Below, one piece after another: positions 20,056 through 29,124 of a stretch of DNA of 32,000 bases (within the stretch, counting starts at the first letter, position 1; each line of letters opens with the position of its first letter). The position numbers and the translations under genes are program-made. The notes below the pieces were generated by a model, which made no database searches, had not been told where the DNA came from, and was given only the letters and a program-made list of their open reading frames with translations. Origin of the DNA: Methanococcus maripaludis (GTDB taxonomy: Archaea; AGJL01; Methanococci; Methanococcales; Methanococcaceae); NCBI RefSeq assembly GCF_002945325.1, contig NZ_CP026606.1, positions 1,500,001 through 1,532,000 of the forward strand. Direction: 5' to 3'.

Positions 20056-20583
20056 TTGGAAAAAATGGTTATCAGAAACGCTAGAAAAACCGATATCGAT
20101 GAAATAATGAACATAGAATATGATTCATTTATAACCGGTATTTCTGAAAACAGGAATGTTTTTTTAGATAGGATAGCTACTTTTCAAAATGGGTTTTTAG
20201 TATTGGAAGTTGATTCAGAAGTTTTAGGATATATTTCTTCTGAAATCTGGGAATATTCTGAAAATATCGATGAAAAAATGTTTGATTTAAATCACGATAT
20301 TAAAAAAGTGCATAAATGTAATGGATCAGAACTATATATTTCATCAATCGGAATTTTGAAAAAACACAGGAAAAAAGGATACGGAAATTTACTTTTTAAA
20401 GAATTAATTGAAAAGATTTCAAAAAACTACAAAATTTCGAGTATGATTTTAACGGTTTCAGTAAATTGGAAACCTGCAATTAAACTTTATGAAAAAAATG
20501 GTTTTAAAGAAATATGTAGAATAAAAGAATTCTTTGAAGATGAGGATAGTTCAGATGGAATTGTAATGAGAAAATATATTTAA
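20056..20583 (+). CDS. GNAT-family N-acetyltransferase
   Basis: 175 aa. Acetyl-CoA motif ILKKHRKKGYGNLLFKELIE. The start is uncertain: TTG at 20056 lies 5 nt after AGGGTG, with an alternative ATG at 20065. Confidence 0.84.
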   Translation: MEKMVIRNARKTDIDEIMNIEYDSFITGISENRNVFLDRIATFQNGFLVLEVDSEVLGYISSEIWEYSENIDEKMFDLNHDIKKVHKCNGSELYISSIGILKKHRKKGYGNLLFKELIEKISKNYKISSMILTVSVNWKPAIKLYEKNGFKEICRIKEFFEDEDSSDGIVMRKYI

Positions 20584-21366
20584 TTAATAACCTTCTTCGG
20601 GAACTATGGTTAAATGGCCGTTTAAGTTGTGTACGTACGTATTTACCCCATATACTTCCATAATGTTTTGTGAATTGATTATCTCTTTTCCGCCTTCAGC
20701 AAAGATTTTTCCGTCTTTTAACATCAAAAATTTGTCCGAATATCTAAGTGCAAGATTTATGTCGTGCATTACAATTATCGAAGTAATATTTTGTGAAACT
20801 GAAACGTCTTTTAGTATTCTCATAACTTCAAGCTGGTTTTTCAGGTCAAGATTATTTGTCGGTTCATCAAGAAGTATTAATTTTGGTTCCTGAACAAGGG
20901 CCCTTCCAATAATTACCTTTTGAAGTTCCCCACCACTTAATTCATTAGTATTTCTAAGGGCATATTTTTCAAGATCAAGAAGTTTTAACACATTTTCAGT
21001 AATTTCAATATCTTTTTTTGAAATTTCCCACTTTATATGTGGTTTTCTTCCCAAAAGCAATGCATCAAATACCGTCATATAATTTCCATTGGACCTCTGC
21101 GGAACGTAACCTACTTTTTTTGCTAGATCAAGTCTATCCATCTTGTTTACGTCGAGATTTTCAACAGTTATGGTTCCTTTTTTTGGAGGTAATATTTTAT
21201 TTATGCATTTTATAAGAGTTGACTTTCCAGCCCCGTTTATTCCGAGAATTGAAACAACTTCTCCTTTTTCTACTTCAAATTTAACGTCTTTTAATATTTC
21301 AGTACTTTTATATTTGAATTCAACTCCCTCTACTGAAACTATCATATTTTCACCCGAACCTATCAT
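20584..21366 (-). CDS. ABC importer ATP-binding protein (FepC/FecE/BtuD-like)
   Basis: Walker [10 protein letters not shown], signature LSGGELQKV, Walker [12 protein letters not shown]-loop MHD. The ATG at 21366 overlaps the permease stop (ATGA). An alternative ATG at 21345 has GGGTGA 4 nt upstream. Confidence 0.9.
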   Translation of the reverse strand: MIGSGENMIVSVEGVEFKYKSTEILKDVKFEVEKGEVVSILGINGAGKSTLIKCINKILPPKKGTITVENLDVNKMDRLDLAKKVGYVPQRSNGNYMTVFDALLLGRKPHIKWEISKKDIEITENVLKLLDLEKYALRNTNELSGGELQKVIIGRALVQEPKLILLDEPTNNLDLKNQLEVMRILKDVSVSQNITSIIVMHDINLALRYSDKFLMLKDGKIFAEGGKEIINSQNIMEVYGVNTYVHNLNGHLTIVPEEGY

Positions 21367-22433
21367 TTATACATCTTCGTTAGTAAATAAAGGAACATCG
21401 GCGCCCCTAAAAATGAGGTAAGTATTCCTACAGGCAGAATTATTGGGGAAATTATTGTTCTTGCAATTGTATCTGCTAATAGTACCAAAACTGCACCAAA
21501 AATACTGCAAAGTGGAATTAAGTACCTGTAATCTCCCCCAACAGTTATTCTTATTATGTGTGGGCAGATTAAGCCTACAAATCCAATAATTCCTAAGAAT
21601 GCAACACAAACAGATGTTACAAGGGATGCAACAAGCATTCCTGACAGTCTTATTTTATCCGTGTTAACGCCAAGAGATTTTGCAGTTTCTTCACCGCTTT
21701 CAAGAGCGTTATAGTCCCATCGTTTATGTATAAAGTAAATAAGTGAAACAAATGCTACTAATGCCATAATTTTTACTTCTGGCCATAGCGGTCTTCCAAG
21801 GTCACCAAATGACCAGTAAACCATTGCAGCTAATTGCATATCGTCTGCAAAATACTGTATGAGTGTAGTTGCAGCAGTAAATAGCGAAGATATTGCAACC
21901 CCTGCAAGAACCATTGCTTCAGGACTTAATCCTTTTAATTTGGCTAGGACCAATACTGCACAAACGCCAAGCAGTGATCCTAAAAATGCAAATATCGTTA
22001 TGGAATAAGGATTGTTTATTGCAATATGTCCGGTACTTTCAGCACCGCCGATTCCAAGCGTAATTATTGCAACACATGCTCCAAACATGGCTCCATGAGA
22101 AATTCCCATGGTATATGGGGATGCGAGCGGGTTTCTTAAAACACACTGCATCACTGCACCTGAAACAGATAATCCAATTCCACAGAGTATTGCCGCAAAG
22201 ATTCTTGGAAGTCTGATATTCCATATAACAAGGTTTGAAGAAGCGTCTCCAGAACCTAACAATGAATTTATAATCTGGCTGATTGATAACTGGAAATCTC
22301 CAGTACACAATGCATAAATAGAGATTATTATTAGTGCTATAATCAGTACAAATCCAAATATTAGTTTTTTTAAAGTATATTTTTTGTAAGTATTAACAGA
22401 ATTTTCCACGTTATCCCTGTTTTGGTAATACAC
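21363..22433 (-). CDS. FecCD/BtuC-family ABC importer permease
   Basis: 356 aa and polytopic. NIRLPRI, the [25 protein letters not shown] core and C-terminal GAPMFLYLL are typical of FecCD. GTG start with no visible SD. Confidence 0.9.
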   Translation of the reverse strand: MYYQNRDNVENSVNTYKKYTLKKLIFGFVLIIALIIISIYALCTGDFQLSISQIINSLLGSGDASSNLVIWNIRLPRIFAAILCGIGLSVSGAVMQCVLRNPLASPYTMGISHGAMFGACVAIITLGIGGAESTGHIAINNPYSITIFAFLGSLLGVCAVLVLAKLKGLSPEAMVLAGVAISSLFTAATTLIQYFADDMQLAAMVYWSFGDLGRPLWPEVKIMALVAFVSLIYFIHKRWDYNALESGEETAKSLGVNTDKIRLSGMLVASLVTSVCVAFLGIIGFVGLICPHIIRITVGGDYRYLIPLCSIFGAVLVLLADTIARTIISPIILPVGILTSFLGAPMFLYLLTKMYK

Positions 22434-22438
22434 TTATC

Positions 22439-22452
22439 AAATAAGTATTATT
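22439..22452 (-). promoter_or_regulatory. Candidate shared cis-element (plus-strand AAATAAGTATTATT), copy upstream of the permease gene
   Basis: Exact 14-mer also present at 23677-23690. A related 11-mer AAATAAGTATT lies at 22462-22472. Confidence 0.3.
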
Positions 22453-22517
22453 TTAACCTATAAATAAGTATTTAATATTATGAAAAAATAAATTTTTTAA
22501 AAAAATAGTATGGGGTA

Positions 22518-23645
22518 TTAGTTGAGGTTTAATTTGGTATATCCTCCAAACTGCCCCTCCATAACTGAATAAACTGGTTTTCCAAGGAATTTTTCATATA
22601 TTTCATCTGCTTTTTCTTCTACATTTATGTCAGAAAACTGTTCTGGGTATATGGTTTTACCAACGAAATAGGCGTTTGCAATTCCTGTACCTTTATTGAA
22701 TGAATACCAGCAGTATGGTGGAACCCCGTAGATATTTCCATTTTTAAATGCGTTCAATCCCCGATATGCAGGGTCATTTAAGTCTTCATTTATTAAGTTT
22801 ATCGAAGCTTCACTAACAAATATATATTCTGGATCCCATTCAAGAACCTGTTCTTTATTTATTGTAATCCCTTCGCTAACGTCGGATACTTCTGATGCTA
22901 CGTTATTGGCATTTAAGAGTTCGAAAGAAGGCCAGTGTGGGTCAGTTCCATCAAGACCGTGAACTCCACAGTATGGCCTTCCTGCAACGTAAACAGTAGG
23001 TTTTTCATCTTCTGGAATATTTTCAGTTCTCGAGGCAAGGTCGTTTTCATATTCATTAATTATTGAAATTAACTCTTCGGTCCTTTCTTCTTTTCCTAAA
23101 ACTTCACCCATTATTCGTAAAGTTTCATAGTATTTTTCGTTTTGAACATCAGTTCCGACAGTAGCCACGTAAACTACAACGACTGGAATTCCTGATTTTG
23201 TTTGAATATTGTCTGCATTTGCAGCACCTGATGTTCCAACGAATATTACATCAGGATTTAATATTGCAATTTCTTCAAAGTTAACAGAATTACCTGAGTT
23301 AACAACTGGTAAATCCATTAATTCAGGATATGCAGCAAGATATGGGAGTTCTAAACCTGAGGGAAAAGTTCCATCAATTTCTTTTGAAGCTTCCCTATAT
23401 TCGATACCTACAACTTTTTCCTGTGACTGGAGATAAACAACCTCCCTTAAGGCACAACTTAATGCAATTATTTTTCCTGGATTTTTTGGAACCTCAACGG
23501 TTCTTCCAGCAGCATCAACAACTGTAATTGTAGTTATTTCTTCATTAGATTCTGTAGTGCCACCTGTGGATTCAGTACAACCGCAGATTGCGACTGTTAA
23601 AATCATCAAAGAAGCAATAATTAAAGTACATATTTTTTTATACAA
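22518..23645 (-). CDS. Class-III (FecB/FhuD/BtuF-type) substrate-binding lipoprotein, paralogue 1 (most divergent)
   Basis: TTG start 4 nt after GGTGG. Signal plus lipobox-like LTVAICGC. GRTVEVPKNPGKII N-lobe motif. The C-lobe ends YPEQFSDINVEEKADEIYEKFLG. Confidence 0.85.
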   Translation of the reverse strand: MYKKICTLIIASLMILTVAICGCTESTGGTTESNEEITTITVVDAAGRTVEVPKNPGKIIALSCALREVVYLQSQEKVVGIEYREASKEIDGTFPSGLELPYLAAYPELMDLPVVNSGNSVNFEEIAILNPDVIFVGTSGAANADNIQTKSGIPVVVVYVATVGTDVQNEKYYETLRIMGEVLGKEERTEELISIINEYENDLASRTENIPEDEKPTVYVAGRPYCGVHGLDGTDPHWPSFELLNANNVASEVSDVSEGITINKEQVLEWDPEYIFVSEASINLINEDLNDPAYRGLNAFKNGNIYGVPPYCWYSFNKGTGIANAYFVGKTIYPEQFSDINVEEKADEIYEKFLGKPVYSVMEGQFGGYTKLNLN

Positions 23646-23676
23646 TATACCACCTGAGTTAAATAATATTTTTTAA

Positions 23677-23690
23677 AAATAAGTATTATT
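23677..23690 (-). promoter_or_regulatory. Candidate shared cis-element (AAATAAGTATTATT), copy upstream of binding-protein paralogue 1
   Basis: Exact 14-mer match to 22439-22452. It lies 32-45 nt upstream of the TTG start at 23645. Confidence 0.3.
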
Positions 23691-23781
23691 AATAGATATA
23701 ATTTTCTATTTTTATTAGAAAATATCATAAAAATTAAAAATAAATATTAATAAAAAATACTACCTAAATCTTGAGGAATAT

Positions 23782-24924
23782 TTACTGATTTGATATGTCT
23801 AATTTTTTAAAACCTTCAAAATTTTCAGCCATTTTATCATAAACGGCTTCACCAACTAAAAATTCATATATTTCATCAGCTTTAGCTTCTGGATCAATAT
23901 CTGAAAATTCTTCGGGGTATAATACGGTACCAATATAATAAGTATTTGCGAGTACAGTTCCGTAGTCCACCATGTATGATTTGTACCTATATATTAAGTA
24001 AACATCACCGTTTTTGAATGCACTGAGTGATTCATAGTATTCTGGGTTTTTTTCATAGTCTTCATTTATCACGGAAGTATATCCTGCAATATCAATAAAG
24101 ATTATATCAGGATTCCATTCTATAAGCTGTTCTTTGTTAATATATACCTGTTTTTTTGCTTCAAGGGATTCAGCAACATTTTTAGCTTTTAAAACTTCAA
24201 ATGGTGCAAATACACTTGATGTACTTTCTATACCATGGGATCCTTTGGCAGCGTTAAGTCCGCCGACATATACTGATGGTTTTTCGCTATCTGAAACATC
24301 TGAAATTCTATCTGATATATCATTTTCAGCATCTGCAAAGAAATCAATTACTGCTTGCGCTCTTTCTTCTTTATTTAACACGTTACCAAGTAGTGTAAGT
24401 GGATCTGCAAGATCTTTATCAGTAAATGATTCAAATTCATCATAATTTAAAACTACGACAGGAATTCCTGTTTTTGTCTGAATATTGTCTGCAACTTCTG
24501 CTGTTGACATTGAAATTATTATAACATCGGGATTCACGTTAACTATATTTTCACAGTTTAATCCATCGACAAATTGAGTACCAATTGTAGGTAAGGTTTT
24601 AAAATAATCAACATTTGCAATGGTGTAAGGTTTAGCCAGGGCATATTGTTTACCTGCACCTGTAATGTCTGCCTGTTCGCAAGATTCAACCCCCACTAAC
24701 ATATCATCTGCCTGAAGATAAGTAACAAGTCTTAGTGCGCCTGGGCCCGAACAAACAATTTTTTCAACATTTTCTGGAACTTCAACAGTTCTTCCAACCA
24801 AGTCTACAATTTCAACGGTTTTTACCGTTTCGCCTGAAGTTTGGGCCGTATTATCGACACAGCCTGAAAAACTGAGTGCAATCATCAGCGACAAAATAAT
24901 GGCCAAAATCCCATTTTTATACAT
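23782..24924 (-). CDS. Class-III substrate-binding lipoprotein, paralogue 2
   Basis: AGGTGA lies 4 nt before the ATG. Lipobox ALSFSGC. VGRTVEVPENVEKIVCSGPGALRL. C-terminus SDIDPEAKADEIYEFLVGEAVYDKMAENFEGFKKLD. Confidence 0.86.
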   Translation of the reverse strand: MYKNGILAIILSLMIALSFSGCVDNTAQTSGETVKTVEIVDLVGRTVEVPENVEKIVCSGPGALRLVTYLQADDMLVGVESCEQADITGAGKQYALAKPYTIANVDYFKTLPTIGTQFVDGLNCENIVNVNPDVIIISMSTAEVADNIQTKTGIPVVVLNYDEFESFTDKDLADPLTLLGNVLNKEERAQAVIDFFADAENDISDRISDVSDSEKPSVYVGGLNAAKGSHGIESTSSVFAPFEVLKAKNVAESLEAKKQVYINKEQLIEWNPDIIFIDIAGYTSVINEDYEKNPEYYESLSAFKNGDVYLIYRYKSYMVDYGTVLANTYYIGTVLYPEEFSDIDPEAKADEIYEFLVGEAVYDKMAENFEGFKKLDISNQ

Positions 24925-25114
24925 TTTTTCACCTGTATCTATTGATATAAATATATAATTTTTTTATTATCTTTTTAAAGATACATCCCTAAGTAATATA
25001 AATACATTAATTAAACTATAAAAAAGTAACTAATATTAATTACACATTAAAACATGCAGAGAATTATAACTGTTTTAAAAAATCAAAATTAAAAAAAGTG
25101 ATTCAAAGGTATAG

Positions 25115-26872
25115 TTATTTATTTGTAGGTATTGCAGGTCTTGAAAAGTCACGGTTTGTAACAACGTTCTCTACATCAATACCATAAAAACGTTTATAAA
25201 ACTCTTTTTGTTCATTTTCTAAGTCGAAAGAGTATATTTCTGGATGAATTGTATTTGCAAGGAACATGAATCCGAGAATCCAGCGGGGGCTGCCAAAATC
25301 CCATCCTGTGGGTACATTACATATGTTACCCATCCGAACGGCTTTATTGTCAATTCCATGTTTTTTACAGTATTGAACGTAGTCTGAAGCTGGTGAGGAT
25401 AGGAATCCTGATATAAACATCATTTCAGGGCTGAGTTTATTTATCTCATTTACCGATATATTAACACCCGGTTTACCTTTGCGGGTAAGGCTTTTGTTAA
25501 CACAAATACCGCCTGCAGCTTCTACAAGATTTGTTTCGAACCGCTCGGCATTCAGGGCAAATAACGGATAACCCATCGAATAATAAACGGTAGGGTATGA
25601 CTTGATGAGTTTACTGCCCTTATTTATTTTATCAACCCGTTCTTGAATAAATGCGATAAGTTCATTACCTTCTTTTTCCCGCCCAGTTCGCATGGCGAGA
25701 TCTTTGATAAGTTCAAGCCATGAATCGATCTGTTGAATACGGTCATGTAATCCTCGAATGAAGTCTTCTTTAATGATATCTCCAAGAATATCTCCAAGCT
25801 CTTCATTATCGCGGATTCCAAGTGTGACTAAAATGGCATGGGCCATTTCAATGGCACGAGTGGTCCGGTATCCTCCAAGCATGCCGTATTCAGTAAACTG
25901 TTCATTATTGATTGGTCCTTTTAGTGGCACCTGCCATCCACAGGGACACTTACCTTCTTCAAGAGATTCTATGGTTCTGCATCCCATGGGCCCATAAAAT
26001 TCCCGTTTGATGATTTCATTCCTGCAAATCGGGCATTTAGTTGTTAAATATTCAGTTCCCGGTGAATTAAACAGGTAGACGTGGTTGAGAATGGAGCGTA
26101 GCTGATCTACAATATTTTCTGATTTATTTATTGTAGGTTCCAATTCTGGTTTTGCTTCCCCAAACGGTACAAAACGCATTACCTGTAAGGGTATATCTTT
26201 CGAAACAGATGCTACTTCCTCTGCGGCTTTTAATATCTCTTCATCACCAGTATTTATGTACATCGCAGAGGTTTCCACGTGTACGCCTGCTTCGTGCAGG
26301 ATACGGATATTTCTAAACACAGGAGCTGCAGACTTTGCACCGCATTCTTTATAACGTGCATTCGATGAACCTTTCAGGCCAATATTAACAAAATCAAGAT
26401 AAGGTATAAGAGATTTTAAGGCTGTTTCAGTGAAATAACCGTTTGTTGAGCATCCAACCCAAAGATTAGCTTTTTTTGCTTCTTTTGCTAGATTTAGAAA
26501 TGTATAATATGATGCAGCAGGATCATTAAGACAAAAAACAATACCGCTACATTCTTCAGTTTTTGCACGGGATATGATATCTGAGGGTGAAGCTTTAGTG
26601 AGAGCGCCAGATAATGCATCAGCATTTGAGGTTAAGGTCTCTGAAATACAGCCCTGACAGTTAAAGTTACATCCAACAGTACTCACCTGTAGGAACTTAT
26701 TTTTTGGTGCAAAGTGGACCATAGGCATTGTTTCAATTGTGATTGGGAGTACTGTAAGATACGAATTAGGAAACCTCTCGATGAGTTTACTGTTTTGATT
26801 TGTATACATATTGCACCGACCGTAATTTCCTTCTGAAATATCACAACCGATTTCACATACTGTACATTTCAT
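25115..26872 (-). CDS. Cytoplasmic radical SAM enzyme fused to a substrate-binding-protein C-lobe homologue
   Basis: 585 aa with no signal peptide. N-terminal Cys cluster C3/C6/C10/C20 (PflA/AmmeMemoRadiSam-like). Radical SAM motif C68-x3-C72-x2-C75 (CNFNCQGC, 26648-26671). CPIC...CPCG motif at aa 280-311. Residues ~395-585 align by eye with the C-lobes of the neighbouring binding proteins. The ATG overlaps the upstream stop (TAATG). Confidence 0.85.
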   Translation of the reverse strand: MKCTVCEIGCDISEGNYGRCNMYTNQNSKLIERFPNSYLTVLPITIETMPMVHFAPKNKFLQVSTVGCNFNCQGCISETLTSNADALSGALTKASPSDIISRAKTEECSGIVFCLNDPAASYYTFLNLAKEAKKANLWVGCSTNGYFTETALKSLIPYLDFVNIGLKGSSNARYKECGAKSAAPVFRNIRILHEAGVHVETSAMYINTGDEEILKAAEEVASVSKDIPLQVMRFVPFGEAKPELEPTINKSENIVDQLRSILNHVYLFNSPGTEYLTTKCPICRNEIIKREFYGPMGCRTIESLEEGKCPCGWQVPLKGPINNEQFTEYGMLGGYRTTRAIEMAHAILVTLGIRDNEELGDILGDIIKEDFIRGLHDRIQQIDSWLELIKDLAMRTGREKEGNELIAFIQERVDKINKGSKLIKSYPTVYYSMGYPLFALNAERFETNLVEAAGGICVNKSLTRKGKPGVNISVNEINKLSPEMMFISGFLSSPASDYVQYCKKHGIDNKAVRMGNICNVPTGWDFGSPRWILGFMFLANTIHPEIYSFDLENEQKEFYKRFYGIDVENVVTNRDFSRPAIPTNK

Positions 26873-27528
26873 TAGATCGCCTCTTGGTCGGTTTTTGAGA
26901 TTATAATCCAGAATCCTTCGTCTCCAAGGATAATTTCGTAAGATGAGATACCTATTTCATCAAGTACATTTTGGAACCGTTCAACATTCTCTTGAGATAT
27001 ATTTTTTCGGTTGAATTCTTTCCAATCCGGGTTTTTGCGTATCATCTCGGCTGAAATTGAATCACGTAATTCTTTGTTGCCAAATCCACCACCAATATAT
27101 GTTTTTCCACCAGATTTGAGAATTCGATAAATTTCTCGAAATGCAGTGGCGACATCTTCCCAGAAGAATACTGAACCTCTGCTAACAATTAAATCTGCAT
27201 AGTTATCCTCGATTGGGATATTGTGTACGTCTCCCTGAACAATTTGGATTCGATCGTTTAGGTTAGCATCTGCAATATTTTTTAATGCTATTTCGTTCAT
27301 ATGTTTGGAAAAGTCCAAAGCCCGTATTGAAAAATCGGACTGTTTTGCTAAAGCAATTGATAGCGCTCCTGGACCACTTCCAATGTCTATACAAGTGCCG
27401 GCGGTTATTCCAAAACGATTGATAATATTTTCTGCGATTATAGGATATATCGGTGCGAATAGTGTTTTTGAAATCTCGTCCATATTCTTAGCACCTTTTT
27501 TGTCGAATTTTTTCTTGTTTTCAGACAT
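26872..27528 (-). CDS. Class I SAM-dependent methyltransferase (Methyltransf_11/25-like)
   Basis: 218 aa. Motif I CIDIGSGPGALS, acidic post-I LDFS, and motif-III-like ILKSGGKTYIGG. GGAGG lies 6 nt before the ATG. Confidence 0.85.
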   Translation of the reverse strand: MSENKKKFDKKGAKNMDEISKTLFAPIYPIIAENIINRFGITAGTCIDIGSGPGALSIALAKQSDFSIRALDFSKHMNEIALKNIADANLNDRIQIVQGDVHNIPIEDNYADLIVSRGSVFFWEDVATAFREIYRILKSGGKTYIGGGFGNKELRDSISAEMIRKNPDWKEFNRKNISQENVERFQNVLDEIGISSYEIILGDEGFWIIISKTDQEAI

Positions 27529-27883
27529 AACGTGCCTCCGATTGATTTTAATATTTCTAAAAAGTTAATATTTTAAAAGATCTGAGAATATTGGTATGAT
27601 TCCCGCAATTGTGACTATTATATAATATCTCTTTAAAATTAAATAATATATAATAGTTACTTTTTTTATAAATTGCAATCTAAATGGATTACTATTGCAT
27701 ATTAATTTTATTTTTGAATTAATGCAACGTTAAAAAAATGTAAATGGGGCGGTATTTTTTTAGTGATCTGTCTTAAAATGATAATCACAGGTTAAAATTT
27801 AAAAATAGTTTTACGAAGAATTGGGCTAACTATGTTGAATTTAAATACTCTTTAAAAAAATTTTAAAAAAGAAAAAAAAGAAA

Positions 27884-29008
27884 TTACTGGTTTGAAAAGT
27901 CTAAATTTTCAAATCCCTCAAACATTTCATTCATTTCAGAATATACTCCTTTTCCTACTAAAAATTCGTATATTTCATCAGCTTTAGCTTCTGGATCAAT
28001 ATCTGAAAATGTTTCAGGGTAAAGAATCGTTCCAATGTAATATGAATCTGCCATTGCAGTGTCAATGTTTGTTGTATAATAGTTAAATGGTAAAATGCCG
28101 TAAACATTTCCATTTTTAAATGCATCGAGCGAATTGTAATAATCGGGATTTTTTTCGTAGTCCTCATACACAATTGAGATTCCTCCTTCATCAATAAAGA
28201 TGAATTCCGGATTCCATTCAATTAATTGCTCTTTACTTGTGAAAATATGTTCATTAGATGCAGTTTTTGCAATATTTTCTGTATTTAATGCTTCAAATGG
28301 CGGGTATAAACCTTCAGTACTGTCGATTCCGTGAATACCTTTGTTACCAATTGCTCCAACATAAATACTTGGTTTATTTTCATCAGGAATTTCAGAAGTT
28401 CTTTTATCTAAATCGTCCTGAATTTCGGTTATAAAAGAAATTACTTTTTCTGCTCTTTCTTCTTTTCCAAGGATTTTTCCAGAAAGTATCAGTGAGTCAA
28501 ATATTGCATCATTTTTGAAGTTTCCAAGTGCACCGTAACTCAATACTACGACAGGAATTCCTGTTTTTTTCTGGAGTTCATCAGCATTACTTGCGTCCAT
28601 GTAAGTTATGAATATTACTTCAGGCATTACATTTAGTACCTTTTCAGGATCCGGTCCAACGTTAATGTCTTGTGGGCCGCCATTTCCAATTACCGTAAGT
28701 TCTGAAAATTCATCATGTGCAAGCCTGTAAGGTCTTCCAATTAAATTTGTATTTTCAAAATTTTCAATTCCAACTAAATATTCAGTTGCGTTTAGATAAG
28801 AAATCAATCTTAAACATCCTGGGCCAGAACAGACGATTTTTTCAACGTCCGCAGGAACTTCAACAGTTCTTCCAACCATATCTATAATTTCGATAGTATC
28901 AGCAACTTCAGAAGTGTTTGATGAGTTATTTTCAACACATCCTGAAAATGCAACAACAATTGACATCATGAGTGCCATTACTATGGATATTATTTTTTTA
29001 TTCAACAT
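27884..29008 (-). CDS. Class-III substrate-binding lipoprotein, paralogue 3
   Basis: The ORF track starts at TTG 29032. However, AGGTGGT immediately precedes ATG 29008 / TTG 29005, which gives a canonical signal M(L)NKKIISIVMALMMSIVVAFSGC. VGRTVEVPADVEKIVCSGPGCLRL. C-terminus SDIDPEAKADEIYEFLVGKGVY. Confidence 0.84.
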   Translation of the reverse strand: MLNKKIISIVMALMMSIVVAFSGCVENNSSNTSEVADTIEIIDMVGRTVEVPADVEKIVCSGPGCLRLISYLNATEYLVGIENFENTNLIGRPYRLAHDEFSELTVIGNGGPQDINVGPDPEKVLNVMPEVIFITYMDASNADELQKKTGIPVVVLSYGALGNFKNDAIFDSLILSGKILGKEERAEKVISFITEIQDDLDKRTSEIPDENKPSIYVGAIGNKGIHGIDSTEGLYPPFEALNTENIAKTASNEHIFTSKEQLIEWNPEFIFIDEGGISIVYEDYEKNPDYYNSLDAFKNGNVYGILPFNYYTTNIDTAMADSYYIGTILYPETFSDIDPEAKADEIYEFLVGKGVYSEMNEMFEGFENLDFSNQ

Positions 29009-29124
29009 ACCACCTGAATTAATATCTTTCAAAAAATGTAGTATTATTGTTACATATATTTTTCGATATAGTATTACTAAAAAATAATAAAATTTAATTA
29101 ATGAATAAAAAAGAAAAAAAGAAA

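Noticed and set aside
21367-22308. Same-strand alternative-frame ORFs inside the FecCD permease (21367-21609, 22039-22308), and similar ones inside the rSAM gene (25624-25821) and SBP3 (27958-28221).
   Set aside because: They are out of frame within genes whose primary frame carries clear family motifs, and they have no SD or recognisable domains.
25100-27560. GC-rich cassette, considered as a discrete mobile element.
   Set aside because: I could find no integrase, transposase, tRNA target or flanking inverted or direct repeats. Only horizontal origin is supportable, not autonomous mobility.
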